From the IMG/VR virus record IMGVR_UViG_3300021399_000113, positions 64,001 through 128,000 of that record: a stretch of 64,000 bases of DNA; one strand, 5' to 3'. Both the position numbers and the translations under genes were made by a program. The DNA comes from a virus (Duplodnaviria > Caudoviricetes). Shown here in pieces: positions 7,726 to 17,503 of the stretch (its first letter is position 1; the number at the start of each line of letters is the position of its first letter). The notes under the pieces are model-generated. The model was not told where the DNA came from. It ran no database searches and saw only the letters and a program-made list of their open reading frames with translations.

Positions 7726-7793
7726 ACGATACATACAGCAACTATTACACAAGCCTTTCACTTTTAATGAAAAACAGCTAAGAAACGTATCGT
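7726..7793 (+). ncRNA. WCNGCAA-motif stem RNA 4 (carries Lys anticodon stem-loop mimic)
   Basis: ACGATAC/GTATCGT stem, AT-ACAGCAA, TTTCA-CTTTTAA-TGAAA. Confidence 0.65.
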
Positions 7794-7837
7794 GTATTAT
7801 TTAACTAACTTTTAATTTAATTTTTAGATTACTTAAA

Positions 7838-7923
7838 ACGACAGCATCAGCAACACAAACATCTTTCCTATTTATAATTTATAATTCCACAAATTACGAA
7901 AAGGGCGAATGAAAAACTGTCGT
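7838..7923 (+). ncRNA. WCNGCAA-motif stem RNA 5
   Basis: ACGACAG/CTGTCGT stem followed by CA-TCAGCAA. Confidence 0.6.
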
Positions 7924-7936
7924 GTATATTGATTAT

Positions 7937-8010
7937 TGCAGGGTGGCGCAAAAGGTTAGCTCAGTGGACTCATAATCCAAAGGTTGGGGGTTCAAATCCC
8001 TCCCCTGCAA
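7937..8010 (+). tRNA. tRNA-Met(CAT), initiator-like acceptor
   Basis: loop CT-CAT-AA, TGCAGGG/CCCTGCA. Confidence 0.88.
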
Positions 8011-8054
8011 CTTGCACGTAACTGTGCTAAACCTTATTTTTATTCAATATAAAA

Positions 8055-8097
8055 GCATCTATCGTTTTAGTGTACTATTGCGGTAGGTGTTTTTTTT
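8055..8097 (+). terminator. intrinsic terminator ending the tRNA array
   Basis: GCATCTATCG/CGGTAGGTGT hairpin followed by a T run. Confidence 0.75.
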
Positions 8098-8155
8098 CTA
8101 TTGACAAATCCACTAAATTGGTATATAATGTATCTATACGTGGAGGAATGAAAAA

Positions 8156-8473
8156 ATGAGATATAATTTTAAGAGTGATAAGCAAGAGAGACAGGTTTCC
8201 ATTATCTTTGGGGTGTTATTAGCCCTTGCATTTGTTTTCTGCATCTGGTATAATGCCACAGATGATGCAAGAACATTTAATTCCCATGAGTGGGAAACAG
8301 AGTGTATAAGAGTAGGTAGTGGTGATACTTATTGGGGAATCGCCACAGATTATTGCCCTATGGATATGGATAGACGTTACTACATACAGAAGGTTAAGGA
8401 ACTCAATGATACCACCTCTGATTATTTAATCAGTGGTGAGCATATCATGGTTTATGTTTTAAAGGAAGAGTAA
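8156..8473 (+). CDS. membrane-anchored LysM-domain protein (YneA-like)
   Basis: N-terminal TM segment; VGSGDTYWGIA...IQKVKELN...LISGEHI; promoter 8101-8129. Confidence 0.75.
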   Translation: MRYNFKSDKQERQVSIIFGVLLALAFVFCIWYNATDDARTFNSHEWETECIRVGSGDTYWGIATDYCPMDMDRRYYIQKVKELNDTTSDYLISGEHIMVYVLKEE

Positions 8474-9199
8474 ATGAAAAAGTATTTCGTATTTTCAGAC
8501 GTGCATGGATATTTTGATATATTGGATAAAGCACTTAAAGATAGAGGATTTGACAAGGATAATCCAGACCACATCATAATCTCTTGTGGTGATTTGTTAG
8601 ACAGAGGAAGACAGCCAAGAGAATGTTTAGAGTTTGTAATGGGCATTCCAGAAGATAGACGTATCTTGGTTATGGGAAATCATGATGACCTCTTATGGAC
8701 GCTACTTATGACAAGAAATCCTCATATACACGATATTACGAATGGCACTGTAGATACAGTCATTGATTTCGTAGGAAGAAATGTTAATAACAAAGAAAAG
8801 TATTCACTGCTTGATGCTGACCTTGTTGACATGAAAGAAGACCCTTTGTGGAAGAGTTACTACAATGCGCTTGTGCCTTATGCAGAAGTTGGAGATAGGA
8901 TATTTGTTCATGGATGGTTACCATCCCTTGATTATAAGAATGCTACTTTTAGAGACTGGCGAGATGCTATGTGGCTTAATGGCATGAGAGAGTGGTTTGA
9001 AGATTATCAACTTGCTGACAAAACAATCTTTTGTGGACACTGGCACACATCTTGGGGGCACTATTACATACACAAGATAGGGTCAGAGTGGGACGAAGAT
9101 GCTTGTTTTGATGTATTTGAAGATAAAGGGATAGTTGCTCTCGATGCTTGCACAGCACATTCTCAAAAAATTAACGTTTATACATTTGAAACAGAATAA
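8474..9199 (+). CDS. calcineurin-like metallophosphoesterase
   Basis: SDVHG, GDLLDRG, GNHD, VHG, GHWH. Confidence 0.9.
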   Translation: MKKYFVFSDVHGYFDILDKALKDRGFDKDNPDHIIISCGDLLDRGRQPRECLEFVMGIPEDRRILVMGNHDDLLWTLLMTRNPHIHDITNGTVDTVIDFVGRNVNNKEKYSLLDADLVDMKEDPLWKSYYNALVPYAEVGDRIFVHGWLPSLDYKNATFRDWRDAMWLNGMREWFEDYQLADKTIFCGHWHTSWGHYYIHKIGSEWDEDACFDVFEDKGIVALDACTAHSQKINVYTFETE

Positions 9200-9214
9200 A
9201 CTGTTGGAGGTACT

Positions 9215-10519
9215 ATGGATTTACTATTAAAGATTGCAAACAGAATACAAGAATGTGGTGGAGAAATTTTCTATGTTGGTGGATATGTCAGAGACAAGAT
9301 TATCGGAAAGCCCAATAAGGACATTGATGTAGAAATCTACAATATCACACCAGATGACCTTAAATCCATCTTGGCTGAATTCGGTGAGGTGCAGACTATT
9401 GGTAAATCCTTTGGTATCTACAACATTAAAGGGTTGGATATTGATTTTGCTCTTCCTCGTACAGAAACAGCTACTGGTAGAGGGCATAAGGATTTTGAAG
9501 TATTTGTTGACCCATTCATCGACAAGAAGACCGCTTGCTCAAGAAGAGATTTTACCATGAATGCTCTGATGGAGAATGTAAATACTGGTGAAGTTTTAGA
9601 TTTCTTTGGTGGCAGAGAAGATATTAATAATAAAATAATTAGGCACGTTTCTGATGAAACTTTCAGTGAAGACCCCTTAAGAGTATTAAGGGCTTGTCAG
9701 TTTTCATCAAGATTCGGATTTGAAATTGCTGAAGAAACAAAGGAACTTGCACGTAAAGCTGACCTTACAGCACTTCCTTCTGAGCGTATCTTTGAGGAAA
9801 TTAAAAAGGCGCTTACTAAATCAAAAAAGCCCTCAATCTTTTTTAATGCGCTAAAGGAAATGGGGTATGAATATTTATTCCCAGAGTTATACAGACTTGA
9901 CAGAATTGAACAGTCTGCTGATTATCATCCAGAGGGAAATGTATATGTACATACAATGTGTGTACTTGATAGCCTTGCAGAACTTGGTTATCATGATTTA
10001 AAACTTATGTTATCAGCCCTCTGTCATGATATGGGCAAGTATGAGGCACATACATTTGATGGAAAGAAGCATCACTTCTACAACCATGAGAGCGTTGGGT
10101 TGCCTATTGCAGAAGCATTTCTTTCAAGACTTACCAATGAGACAGAAATTCATAAATATGTGCTTGATATGGTTAAGAACCACATGAGGATTCATCAATC
10201 ATTAAAATCTAAAAAGCCAAAGGTGTGGAATAGAATTTTTGATGAATCTATTGCTCCCTCAATGCTTATTGAGTTATCTTTTGCTGATACGCTTAACAAA
10301 GATAAGTATGAGCACCTTAAGGCAATCGAGTGGTATACAAAATACAGTAACCACTGTCAGGATGATAAACAGTTACAGGGTAAAGATTTGGTAGCGTTAG
10401 GATATAAGCCCAGCCCAAGATTTACCGATATTTTGAACTTTGCTCATGGTTTATGGTTGAGCATGACACCTTATGACCAGATAGTTAAAGCAGTTACAAA
10501 GGAATTTCCTATTGACTAA
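9215..10519 (+). CDS. cca: CCA-adding tRNA nucleotidyltransferase with HD domain
   Basis: VGGYVRD, DIDVE, RRDFTMNAL, EDPLRVLRA, HPEG..HT, HDMGK. Confidence 0.92.
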   Translation: MDLLLKIANRIQECGGEIFYVGGYVRDKIIGKPNKDIDVEIYNITPDDLKSILAEFGEVQTIGKSFGIYNIKGLDIDFALPRTETATGRGHKDFEVFVDPFIDKKTACSRRDFTMNALMENVNTGEVLDFFGGREDINNKIIRHVSDETFSEDPLRVLRACQFSSRFGFEIAEETKELARKADLTALPSERIFEEIKKALTKSKKPSIFFNALKEMGYEYLFPELYRLDRIEQSADYHPEGNVYVHTMCVLDSLAELGYHDLKLMLSALCHDMGKYEAHTFDGKKHHFYNHESVGLPIAEAFLSRLTNETEIHKYVLDMVKNHMRIHQSLKSKKPKVWNRIFDESIAPSMLIELSFADTLNKDKYEHLKAIEWYTKYSNHCQDDKQLQGKDLVALGYKPSPRFTDILNFAHGLWLSMTPYDQIVKAVTKEFPID

Positions 10520-10560
10520 TTTAACTATTTATGTTATCATAAGATATGTGGAGGAATATT

Positions 10561-11544
10561 ATGTTAGATATTAACTTTTTGAATGAAAAAGAATACGACT
10601 TTCTCCGAACAGATAAACGTTTAGGTGATAACGTACATATTTTAGCATTTGGTGGTTCTCATGCTTATGGTACAAATGTGCCCACCAGTGATATTGATGT
10701 GCGTGGAATAGCCTCAAATTCTATTGATGATGTTATTCTCAATAAAGGATTTGAAGAGATTACTGATAACACAACAGATACTGTTATTTATTCTGTTGAG
10801 AAGATGTTTAGACTTCTTGCACAGTGTAACCCTAATACCATTGAAATCGTTGGTGTAAAGGACTACCTTAAAGTTGATGAAATCGGAAAGATGATTCTTG
10901 ATAACAAGAGTATCTTCCTTTCCAATGCTTGCACAAGAACATTTGGTGGATATGCTACACAGCAGTTATATCGTTTAAGACAGAAAACACTCAATGCGCT
11001 TGAAGAAGATGAACTTGAGCGTCATATCGCTAAGGTTTTAAATGAGATGGATAAATACATCAAAGAGAACTTTGGCATCTCGGATTATAGGGTTTACTAT
11101 GACACAGAGCTTAAAATTGATATGCCAGCCGTTAAAGGATTTCCAATGGAAAAACTTTATGATTATCTTAATACTCTCAACTGTGTGGTTAGGGATTATC
11201 ATAAGCGCTCTGTCAGAAATGAAAAGGCTATTGCCCATAACAAGATTAACAAACATGCTATGCATCTTCTCAGACTGTTTATGATGGAAGAAGATTTACT
11301 GCTTAGGGGTGAGGTAATCACCTATCGAGAGAAAGAGCATGACTTGCTTATGGCAATTAGAAATGGAGAGTTTTACGATACTGAAAGTGGACAGATGACA
11401 GCAGAATTCTTCAAATTGTTAGAGGATTATGAGAAGAGAGTTGAATATGCAAAAGAGCACTCAATTCTCCCTAACAAGCCTAACATGAAAGCCATTGATA
11501 AGTTACAGTTGGATATTTTCAATAAAAGGTTGGAGATGAGATGA
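10561..11544 (+). CDS. RlaP-like Pol-beta-family nucleotidyltransferase
   Basis: GGSHAYGTN..SDIDVRG, NPNTIE, KHAMHLLRL, LMAIRNG. Confidence 0.85.
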   Translation: MLDINFLNEKEYDFLRTDKRLGDNVHILAFGGSHAYGTNVPTSDIDVRGIASNSIDDVILNKGFEEITDNTTDTVIYSVEKMFRLLAQCNPNTIEIVGVKDYLKVDEIGKMILDNKSIFLSNACTRTFGGYATQQLYRLRQKTLNALEEDELERHIAKVLNEMDKYIKENFGISDYRVYYDTELKIDMPAVKGFPMEKLYDYLNTLNCVVRDYHKRSVRNEKAIAHNKINKHAMHLLRLFMMEEDLLLRGEVITYREKEHDLLMAIRNGEFYDTESGQMTAEFFKLLEDYEKRVEYAKEHSILPNKPNMKAIDKLQLDIFNKRLEMR

Positions 11545-12869
11545 TAACAGAGATAACACCTATCAGCTTATTCTTTAATGTATTAGACCATATAGTTGGT
11601 ACAAACAATAAAAAGAATTACATACAGCAGTATGCTACCGAAGATATAAAATACGTTATGCAGTGGCTATACGATACCAGTATAGTCACTGGCATTTCTG
11701 ACAGTAAGTATGACAAAGAGGTTGAAGAGGTTCAGCCTTATAAGACCTTAAAAGAATTGTTCTTATACCTTAGCAAGAGGCATACTGGGAGTGATTATGA
11801 TATATCTGTGGTTAAATCCACAGCAAAGCAACTGTGTAAATGTGAGACTGATTTCAAATTCTTTAAATCATTATTAACTAAAAATGTAAAGGTTGGAATT
11901 GACAGTAAGTTAATAAATTCGGTATTTCCGAATTTAATTCCGACCTTTGATGTGATGTTGGCTGATAAATACCTTGATTTAGATGATAAGCAATTAAATA
12001 AAGTATCTAATAATGGCACAAGGGAATTTGTACTACAAGAAAAGTTGGATGGATTTAGGTGCATTGCTATTAAAGAGGGTGAAAGCGTTAGACTTATTTC
12101 CAGACAAGGTAAGTTGTATGAGAATTTAGTTGATGTAGAATCTGCTATTATCAAGACATTTAAGGGATATGACTGTGTACTTGATGGAGAACTTCTAATA
12201 TCTAACAGAGAGAATATTCCAAGCAAAGAACAGTACAAAGCCACGTCAAAGTTGGTAACCCTTAAAGATGTGGAAATTAAAGGAATTACATATAACGTAT
12301 TTGATTTATTACCAATTACTGATTGGCAGAATAAAGTTGGTAATAAACCTTACGATGATAGATACAGCACGTTATGTTCTTATATGGCTAAAAACACCAG
12401 CAATGCCATTAAAATCGTCCCTTGCTTATATCGTGGTAACAATCTCGATGAAGTATTAACAAGGCTTAAAATAGCCAAAGAAATGAACTGGGAAGGGTTA
12501 ATGCTGAGGTGGGTAGACTCCCTTTATGAATTTAAACGTAGCAAAGAATTACTAAAAGTTAAGCCCTTTAATGAAATGGATTTAATCATTACTGGGTATG
12601 AAGAAGGAACTAATAAAAACAAAGGAAAACTTGGTGCATTTATATGTGAGGTAGAACACCCTAAATTTGGTCATATTGAAGCCAAAGTAGGTGGTGGATA
12701 TTCTGATGAAGAAAGAGAGAGATTCGCAGAAATCCGTAATGATTTAATTGGAAGAACTATTGAAGTGCAATACTTTGAGGTTACTGAAAATACTACAACA
12801 CATATTAAGTCATTAAGATTTCCTGTATATAAATGTATAAAAGACATAGGAGTTGTACCAAACAACTAA
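11541..12869 (+). CDS. lig: ATP-dependent DNA ligase
   Basis: EKLDGFR, LDGEL, YNVFD, EGLMLR, LLKVK, SLRFP. Confidence 0.93.
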   Translation: MITEITPISLFFNVLDHIVGTNNKKNYIQQYATEDIKYVMQWLYDTSIVTGISDSKYDKEVEEVQPYKTLKELFLYLSKRHTGSDYDISVVKSTAKQLCKCETDFKFFKSLLTKNVKVGIDSKLINSVFPNLIPTFDVMLADKYLDLDDKQLNKVSNNGTREFVLQEKLDGFRCIAIKEGESVRLISRQGKLYENLVDVESAIIKTFKGYDCVLDGELLISNRENIPSKEQYKATSKLVTLKDVEIKGITYNVFDLLPITDWQNKVGNKPYDDRYSTLCSYMAKNTSNAIKIVPCLYRGNNLDEVLTRLKIAKEMNWEGLMLRWVDSLYEFKRSKELLKVKPFNEMDLIITGYEEGTNKNKGKLGAFICEVEHPKFGHIEAKVGGGYSDEERERFAEIRNDLIGRTIEVQYFEVTENTTTHIKSLRFPVYKCIKDIGVVPNN

Positions 12870-12879
12870 GGAGCATAAA

Positions 12880-13413
12880 ATGATTTGGATTACGAGTGAT
12901 TTACATCTCTGTCATGACAGAGATTTTATTTATGGAAAGCGTGGTTACAAGAACGTTCAAGAGATGAACCACGATATTGTGAAAAAGTGGGACGCAAAAG
13001 TAAAGGCTGAGGATACTGTCTATGTGCTTGGTGATGTAATGCTGAATGATGATAATACTGGACTTGGTATATTATCATCATTAAAGGGTAAAATACATAT
13101 CATCATAGGTAACCATGATACAGATAACAGAATAACAATGTATAAGCGTTGTTATAATGTAGAAGATGTAGTGTATGCAGACAGAATTAACTACAATGGC
13201 TACACCTTCTTCTTAAGCCACTATCCCACATTAACTGACAATCATGATGTGTCAAGACCATTAGAAAAGTGTGTATTAAATCTTTTTGGTCATACACATT
13301 CCACAGATAAGTTCTATGAGGGAAATTCTCATATGTACAATGTAGCATGGGATGCTCATCATGATTTGATTTCATTAGACACAATTATCGAAGACATTAA
13401 AAATGCGAGGTAA
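12880..13413 (+). CDS. calcineurin-like phosphoesterase (small RNA-repair-associated type)
   Basis: TSDLH, VLGD, GNHD, SHYP, FGHTH. Confidence 0.88.
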   Translation: MIWITSDLHLCHDRDFIYGKRGYKNVQEMNHDIVKKWDAKVKAEDTVYVLGDVMLNDDNTGLGILSSLKGKIHIIIGNHDTDNRITMYKRCYNVEDVVYADRINYNGYTFFLSHYPTLTDNHDVSRPLEKCVLNLFGHTHSTDKFYEGNSHMYNVAWDAHHDLISLDTIIEDIKNAR

Positions 13414-13418
13414 CAATT

Positions 13419-14636
13419 TTGGAACTGTACAAGCAAGGTGAACATTATACTTTATATAATGGCAGTATGTTGGAACTTAATAATGTAATAGCGGATAACA
13501 GCATTGATAGTATTGTCTGTGACCCACCTTATGAATTAGGGTTTATGGGAAAATCTTGGGACAGTTCTGGAATTGCCTTTAATCCAGATACTTGGAAAAT
13601 TTGCTATAATGCTCTGAAAAGCGGTGGGTACTTATTAGCATTTGGTGGAAGTAGAACATATCATAGGATTGCTTGCGCCATTGAGGATGCTGGATTTGAA
13701 ATAAGAGACACTATTATGTGGATTTATGGTTCAGGGTTTCCAAAATCTATGAATATAGGGCTTGCTATTGATAAAAAGAATGGTGTAGAAAGTAAGATTA
13801 AAGCACAGAATGAATGGGATGGCTGGGGGACAACGTTAAAACCAGCATTTGAACCTATAATAGTAGCAAGAAAGCCGTGTGAGGGCAGTACCACAGATAA
13901 TGTTCTAAAATATGGTGTGGGTGGTATCAATATTGATGAGTGCAGAATCCCAACAACGGACTATTTATATAATCATGGTAATTCTAAAGGCACTATTAAC
14001 AGTTTTTCTGTCGGTAATTTCAAGAAGGCAATTAAAGGAGAAAATGCAAGCACTGAACTTGGTAGATTTCCCGCTAACTTAATCCTCACATATGATGAGT
14101 CTGATTATGATGAAGTGTGTGGTGGATTTCCTGTTGGTGGTAACGCTGTGTATGATAAGTATAATGGGGTTAAACCTTTTGAGGCTTATGATGACGAAGG
14201 CTCTGCATCTCGATATTTCTACTGTGCTAAAGCAAGCAAGCGAGATAGAGATGAAGGGCTGGATAGCTTTCCAACACAAACAAAAGTCTTCAATGGAAAG
14301 TCTGATATGAGTTCAAAAGATATAAAGGACGTTGAGAAGCGGTTCACGACAGAGGGCAAGAACGTACATCCCACAGTCAAGCCAACTGACCTTATGGAGT
14401 ACCTTGTGAGATTAGTGACACCTAAAGGTGGAACTGTTCTTGACCCGTTTAATGGGAGTGGTAGCACTGGCAAAGCCGTATTATATGAAAACCTTGACAG
14501 AGATAAAGATTATAAATATATTGGTATTGAGTTAGAGAGAGAGTACTGTGGAATCAGTGTGGCAAGGCTTGATTATGTCGAACAGCTATTAAAACAGCCC
14601 AAGCAACTTTCTCTCTTTGATACATTGACAACTTAA
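13419..14636 (+). CDS. N4-C/N6-A DNA methyltransferase, beta class
   Basis: DPPY near the N-terminus; HPTVKP and DPFNGSGSTG near the C-terminus. Confidence 0.92.
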   Translation: MELYKQGEHYTLYNGSMLELNNVIADNSIDSIVCDPPYELGFMGKSWDSSGIAFNPDTWKICYNALKSGGYLLAFGGSRTYHRIACAIEDAGFEIRDTIMWIYGSGFPKSMNIGLAIDKKNGVESKIKAQNEWDGWGTTLKPAFEPIIVARKPCEGSTTDNVLKYGVGGINIDECRIPTTDYLYNHGNSKGTINSFSVGNFKKAIKGENASTELGRFPANLILTYDESDYDEVCGGFPVGGNAVYDKYNGVKPFEAYDDEGSASRYFYCAKASKRDRDEGLDSFPTQTKVFNGKSDMSSKDIKDVEKRFTTEGKNVHPTVKPTDLMEYLVRLVTPKGGTVLDPFNGSGSTGKAVLYENLDRDKDYKYIGIELEREYCGISVARLDYVEQLLKQPKQLSLFDTLTT

Positions 14637-14687
14637 TCATTGTATGATATAATATATTCATAATCAAGATAACGAGGTGAATGAACA

Positions 14688-15128
14688 ATGAGAGATGCTA
14701 TGATGCATGAGTATGGTGTTAGAAAGCCTTACATTGAGAACTTAAATCTTTTCAAAACAGTCTTGCACAATAAGATTGCCAATAGTTTTTTAAAGGATTA
14801 TGTAGATATAAAGATTACCGATAAGGGAAATGTAATTGTAAATTTCAAACCTTTTACTATTGACCTATCAAAAGATGACTACTACGACAGCAGAAAACAG
14901 CAGATAAATGCTTGCAAGCTGGTATATGTCCTTAATGATATTGACTTTGAATGGCTGTTTGAAAATGCCATTCCGCAAGAAGATGAATTAAGAGATGATG
15001 AAATCAGTCAATTGTATGAGGAATTTGATGACTATCTTGACGAGGCATACAAGGTTGAGTTTGGTTATCAGAATAGTGTGGCTGACCAGATAATTAAAAA
15101 TTTCTATATATACTATGGGGATGAATAA
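14688..15128 (+). CDS. hypothetical protein
   Basis: own promoter (14624-14652), RBS, terminator at 15127-15156. Confidence 0.75.
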   Translation: MRDAMMHEYGVRKPYIENLNLFKTVLHNKIANSFLKDYVDIKITDKGNVIVNFKPFTIDLSKDDYYDSRKQQINACKLVYVLNDIDFEWLFENAIPQEDELRDDEISQLYEEFDDYLDEAYKVEFGYQNSVADQIIKNFYIYYGDE

Positions 15129-15224
15129 AAGAGAACTTAGGTTCTCTTTTTTTTTTGCTATTGACAAATTTATTGTTATGTGCTATTATATTATCACAAA
15201 GAAAATTTATTGGAGGTAAATATT

Positions 15225-15764
15225 ATGAACTCAACAGAAATTGACCAGCGAATTAGTGAGATTGAAAATTCTTTGAAAAGCCTTAATGGGCAAATAGAGA
15301 AATTGAAGAAAATCAAGGAAGAATTGAAGATGGAACAGGAACGTCTTGATGGTAAACCCTCGATGGGTGAGTTTTACTATTCTATTGATGAAACTGGTTG
15401 TATCAGTGAAAATGTCTGGGGATGTAATCATTGGAATGACAATGATAGATTTAATATAGGAAATGCATTTAAGACATTTGAAGACGCTGAATTTGAGCTT
15501 GAGCGTAGAAAGGTTTATGCACAACTCCGCAGACTGTCTGACACATCTATGGAGAAAGTTGGTAGCAGAAAGAGTCCAGATATTGAAAAGTATACGATTA
15601 TTGCTAATTTAGGCTATACTGGGGGTATAAAGGGCAAAATATACACTTACTTTAATAATACGGATATTGATACAGACATATTTTTTAGCACAGATGCAGA
15701 CGCTGAGAGCGCCATTAAAACAATAGGGGAAGATAGACTTCTGAAATATTATTTTAGATTTTAG
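15225..15764 (+). CDS. conserved phage hypothetical protein with N-terminal coiled coil
   Basis: GGAGG RBS; GNAFKT..DAE motif. Confidence 0.75.
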   Translation: MNSTEIDQRISEIENSLKSLNGQIEKLKKIKEELKMEQERLDGKPSMGEFYYSIDETGCISENVWGCNHWNDNDRFNIGNAFKTFEDAEFELERRKVYAQLRRLSDTSMEKVGSRKSPDIEKYTIIANLGYTGGIKGKIYTYFNNTDIDTDIFFSTDADAESAIKTIGEDRLLKYYFRF

Positions 15765-17288
15765 GAGGTAAGTAAAATGGAGATTATCGACAACTCAAAT
15801 TACAAACAGTTGGGTGAACTTGAAACTGGAAGTCTCTTTGAAATTGATGGAGCAATTTATCTTTTAACCGATAATTATGAAGATAAATTTGGTGGTGGAG
15901 ATAAGTGGGAATGCATCTCCCTTTCTCATACCTGTGGTTCATCCTACTACTTTGACGATAAGACACTTGTTGTTCCTCGTACTGGTAAACTTATTCTTGT
16001 GTGAGGTGGATAATGGAAGAATTATTAAAAGAGGCTGATAACCTTTTGGAAATGTTTTGTGATGGATTTTCTGATATGCCTTGTGGGTGTGAGGGATGCC
16101 CAATGTTTACAGGAGAAGAAGAAGAGGGGGTGTGACCTTGCAACATTTCGTAAACAGCTTAAAGAGAAAGAGGTAAAAGGAGCATAACAAATGAGCAATA
16201 TTATAATTATGATAATTATTTTAATGATTATTAGAGTGAGTGTGATAATCATTCTTGATGCCGATGGAGACCACATTGCCGATGGAGACCACATTAGTGA
16301 ATTTACTAAAGGATATAACAACGGATATAAGAAAGGCAAATACGATGGATATATTGATGGGAAAGACATGGTTCTCCAGCTTATCGACCTTGGGCTGGAC
16401 AAAAGAAAAGCGATTTTCAACACTGACAGCGTACAGGAAATTCTGAAGACTTTTGATGTGTTTACTATTAGAAATATGCTTGAAGCTAATAAAGAGTTAA
16501 GAGTTGGAGATATAGTAACGTTCACAAGTAGTAACACACTGTCTGGAAACGCGGTCACCAATAGTGGGGTAATTACAGCTATTGATGAAGGTGCTCACTA
16601 TATAACAACAAAGACTGGATATATTTATGTCGTTTATGCAAGCAAAATACTACGTGTAACGGGTCACTTAACGCAAACTGAGGAATTTTTACGTGCGTTA
16701 GATTCTGCTATTACACATAAGGAGGATGAAAAATGAGTATTGCTAAAGTAAATTTTCCACCATCTGAGGTTACATCAAAAGAGACACAGATATGGAATGA
16801 TGGATATTCTGCTGGGTATTCAGATTGTGAAAATGATGGCAAAGGGGTCATACTTGACCTCCTACATCTTGGAGCAGTAGGAAGGCAGAAAATGTTTCAT
16901 ACTGCTTCTATAATATCAATTCTGCATGACCTAACATTTGCTGAGATTTCAGAGGCAATTAAAAAGCGGGAAACCCCACCAGAAGTTGGAGATGTGGTGT
17001 GTCTTGTAGAGCATTATACAGCATTAAATGAAGACAAAGCAGTGCGTGGTGTAGTTGTTGGAATCGAAGGAAACCATGAAATCTATTACATTGTAGGTAA
17101 TAATGGTAAAACTTACACACGAAATGTTGAAGATATAGCTCGCCTTAAGTGTTCCTTAAAATCGACAGTAGATGGATTTCTTTTTACTGTTGAACAAAAC
17201 ACAAGAAAAGAAGACATTTAGTTAGATAGAATATATATTGACAATTATTATTTTTCATGCTATACTATCATCATCGGAGGTAGATAGC

Positions 17289-17503
17289 ATGAAAAATCTT
17301 AAGAAGATAAGCAAGGTGAAAGCCAGAACACTTTTCAATAATGGGCAGTCTGTGTACATCAAAGCAAGCAAGTTATGGCTTGACTGTGCTGTTGAGATTT
17401 CACCAGATGTGAAAACCATTTTGATTCAGCAGTAAACGCTTACGTCTATTATAACTGTAACTCAGAGTGTGGTAAGACTGTTGAATATTATGAGGTGGCT
17501 TAA
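17289..17503 (+). pseudogene. small gene with apparent 1-nt frameshift near 17408
   Basis: adding one base gives continuation ..ENHFDSAVNAYVYYNCNSECGKTVEYYEVA ending next to the following ATG. Confidence 0.5.

Noticed and set aside
5027-7923. WCNGCAA elements as a degenerate CRISPR array or as terminators
   Set aside because: Units are dispersed, vary in sequence while keeping pairing, and enclose 50-95 nt payloads, unlike either class.
16259-16294. 18-bp tandem duplication (ADGDHI x2), and the 12-bp duplication at 921-944
   Set aside because: Two-copy slippage duplications with no sign of function.
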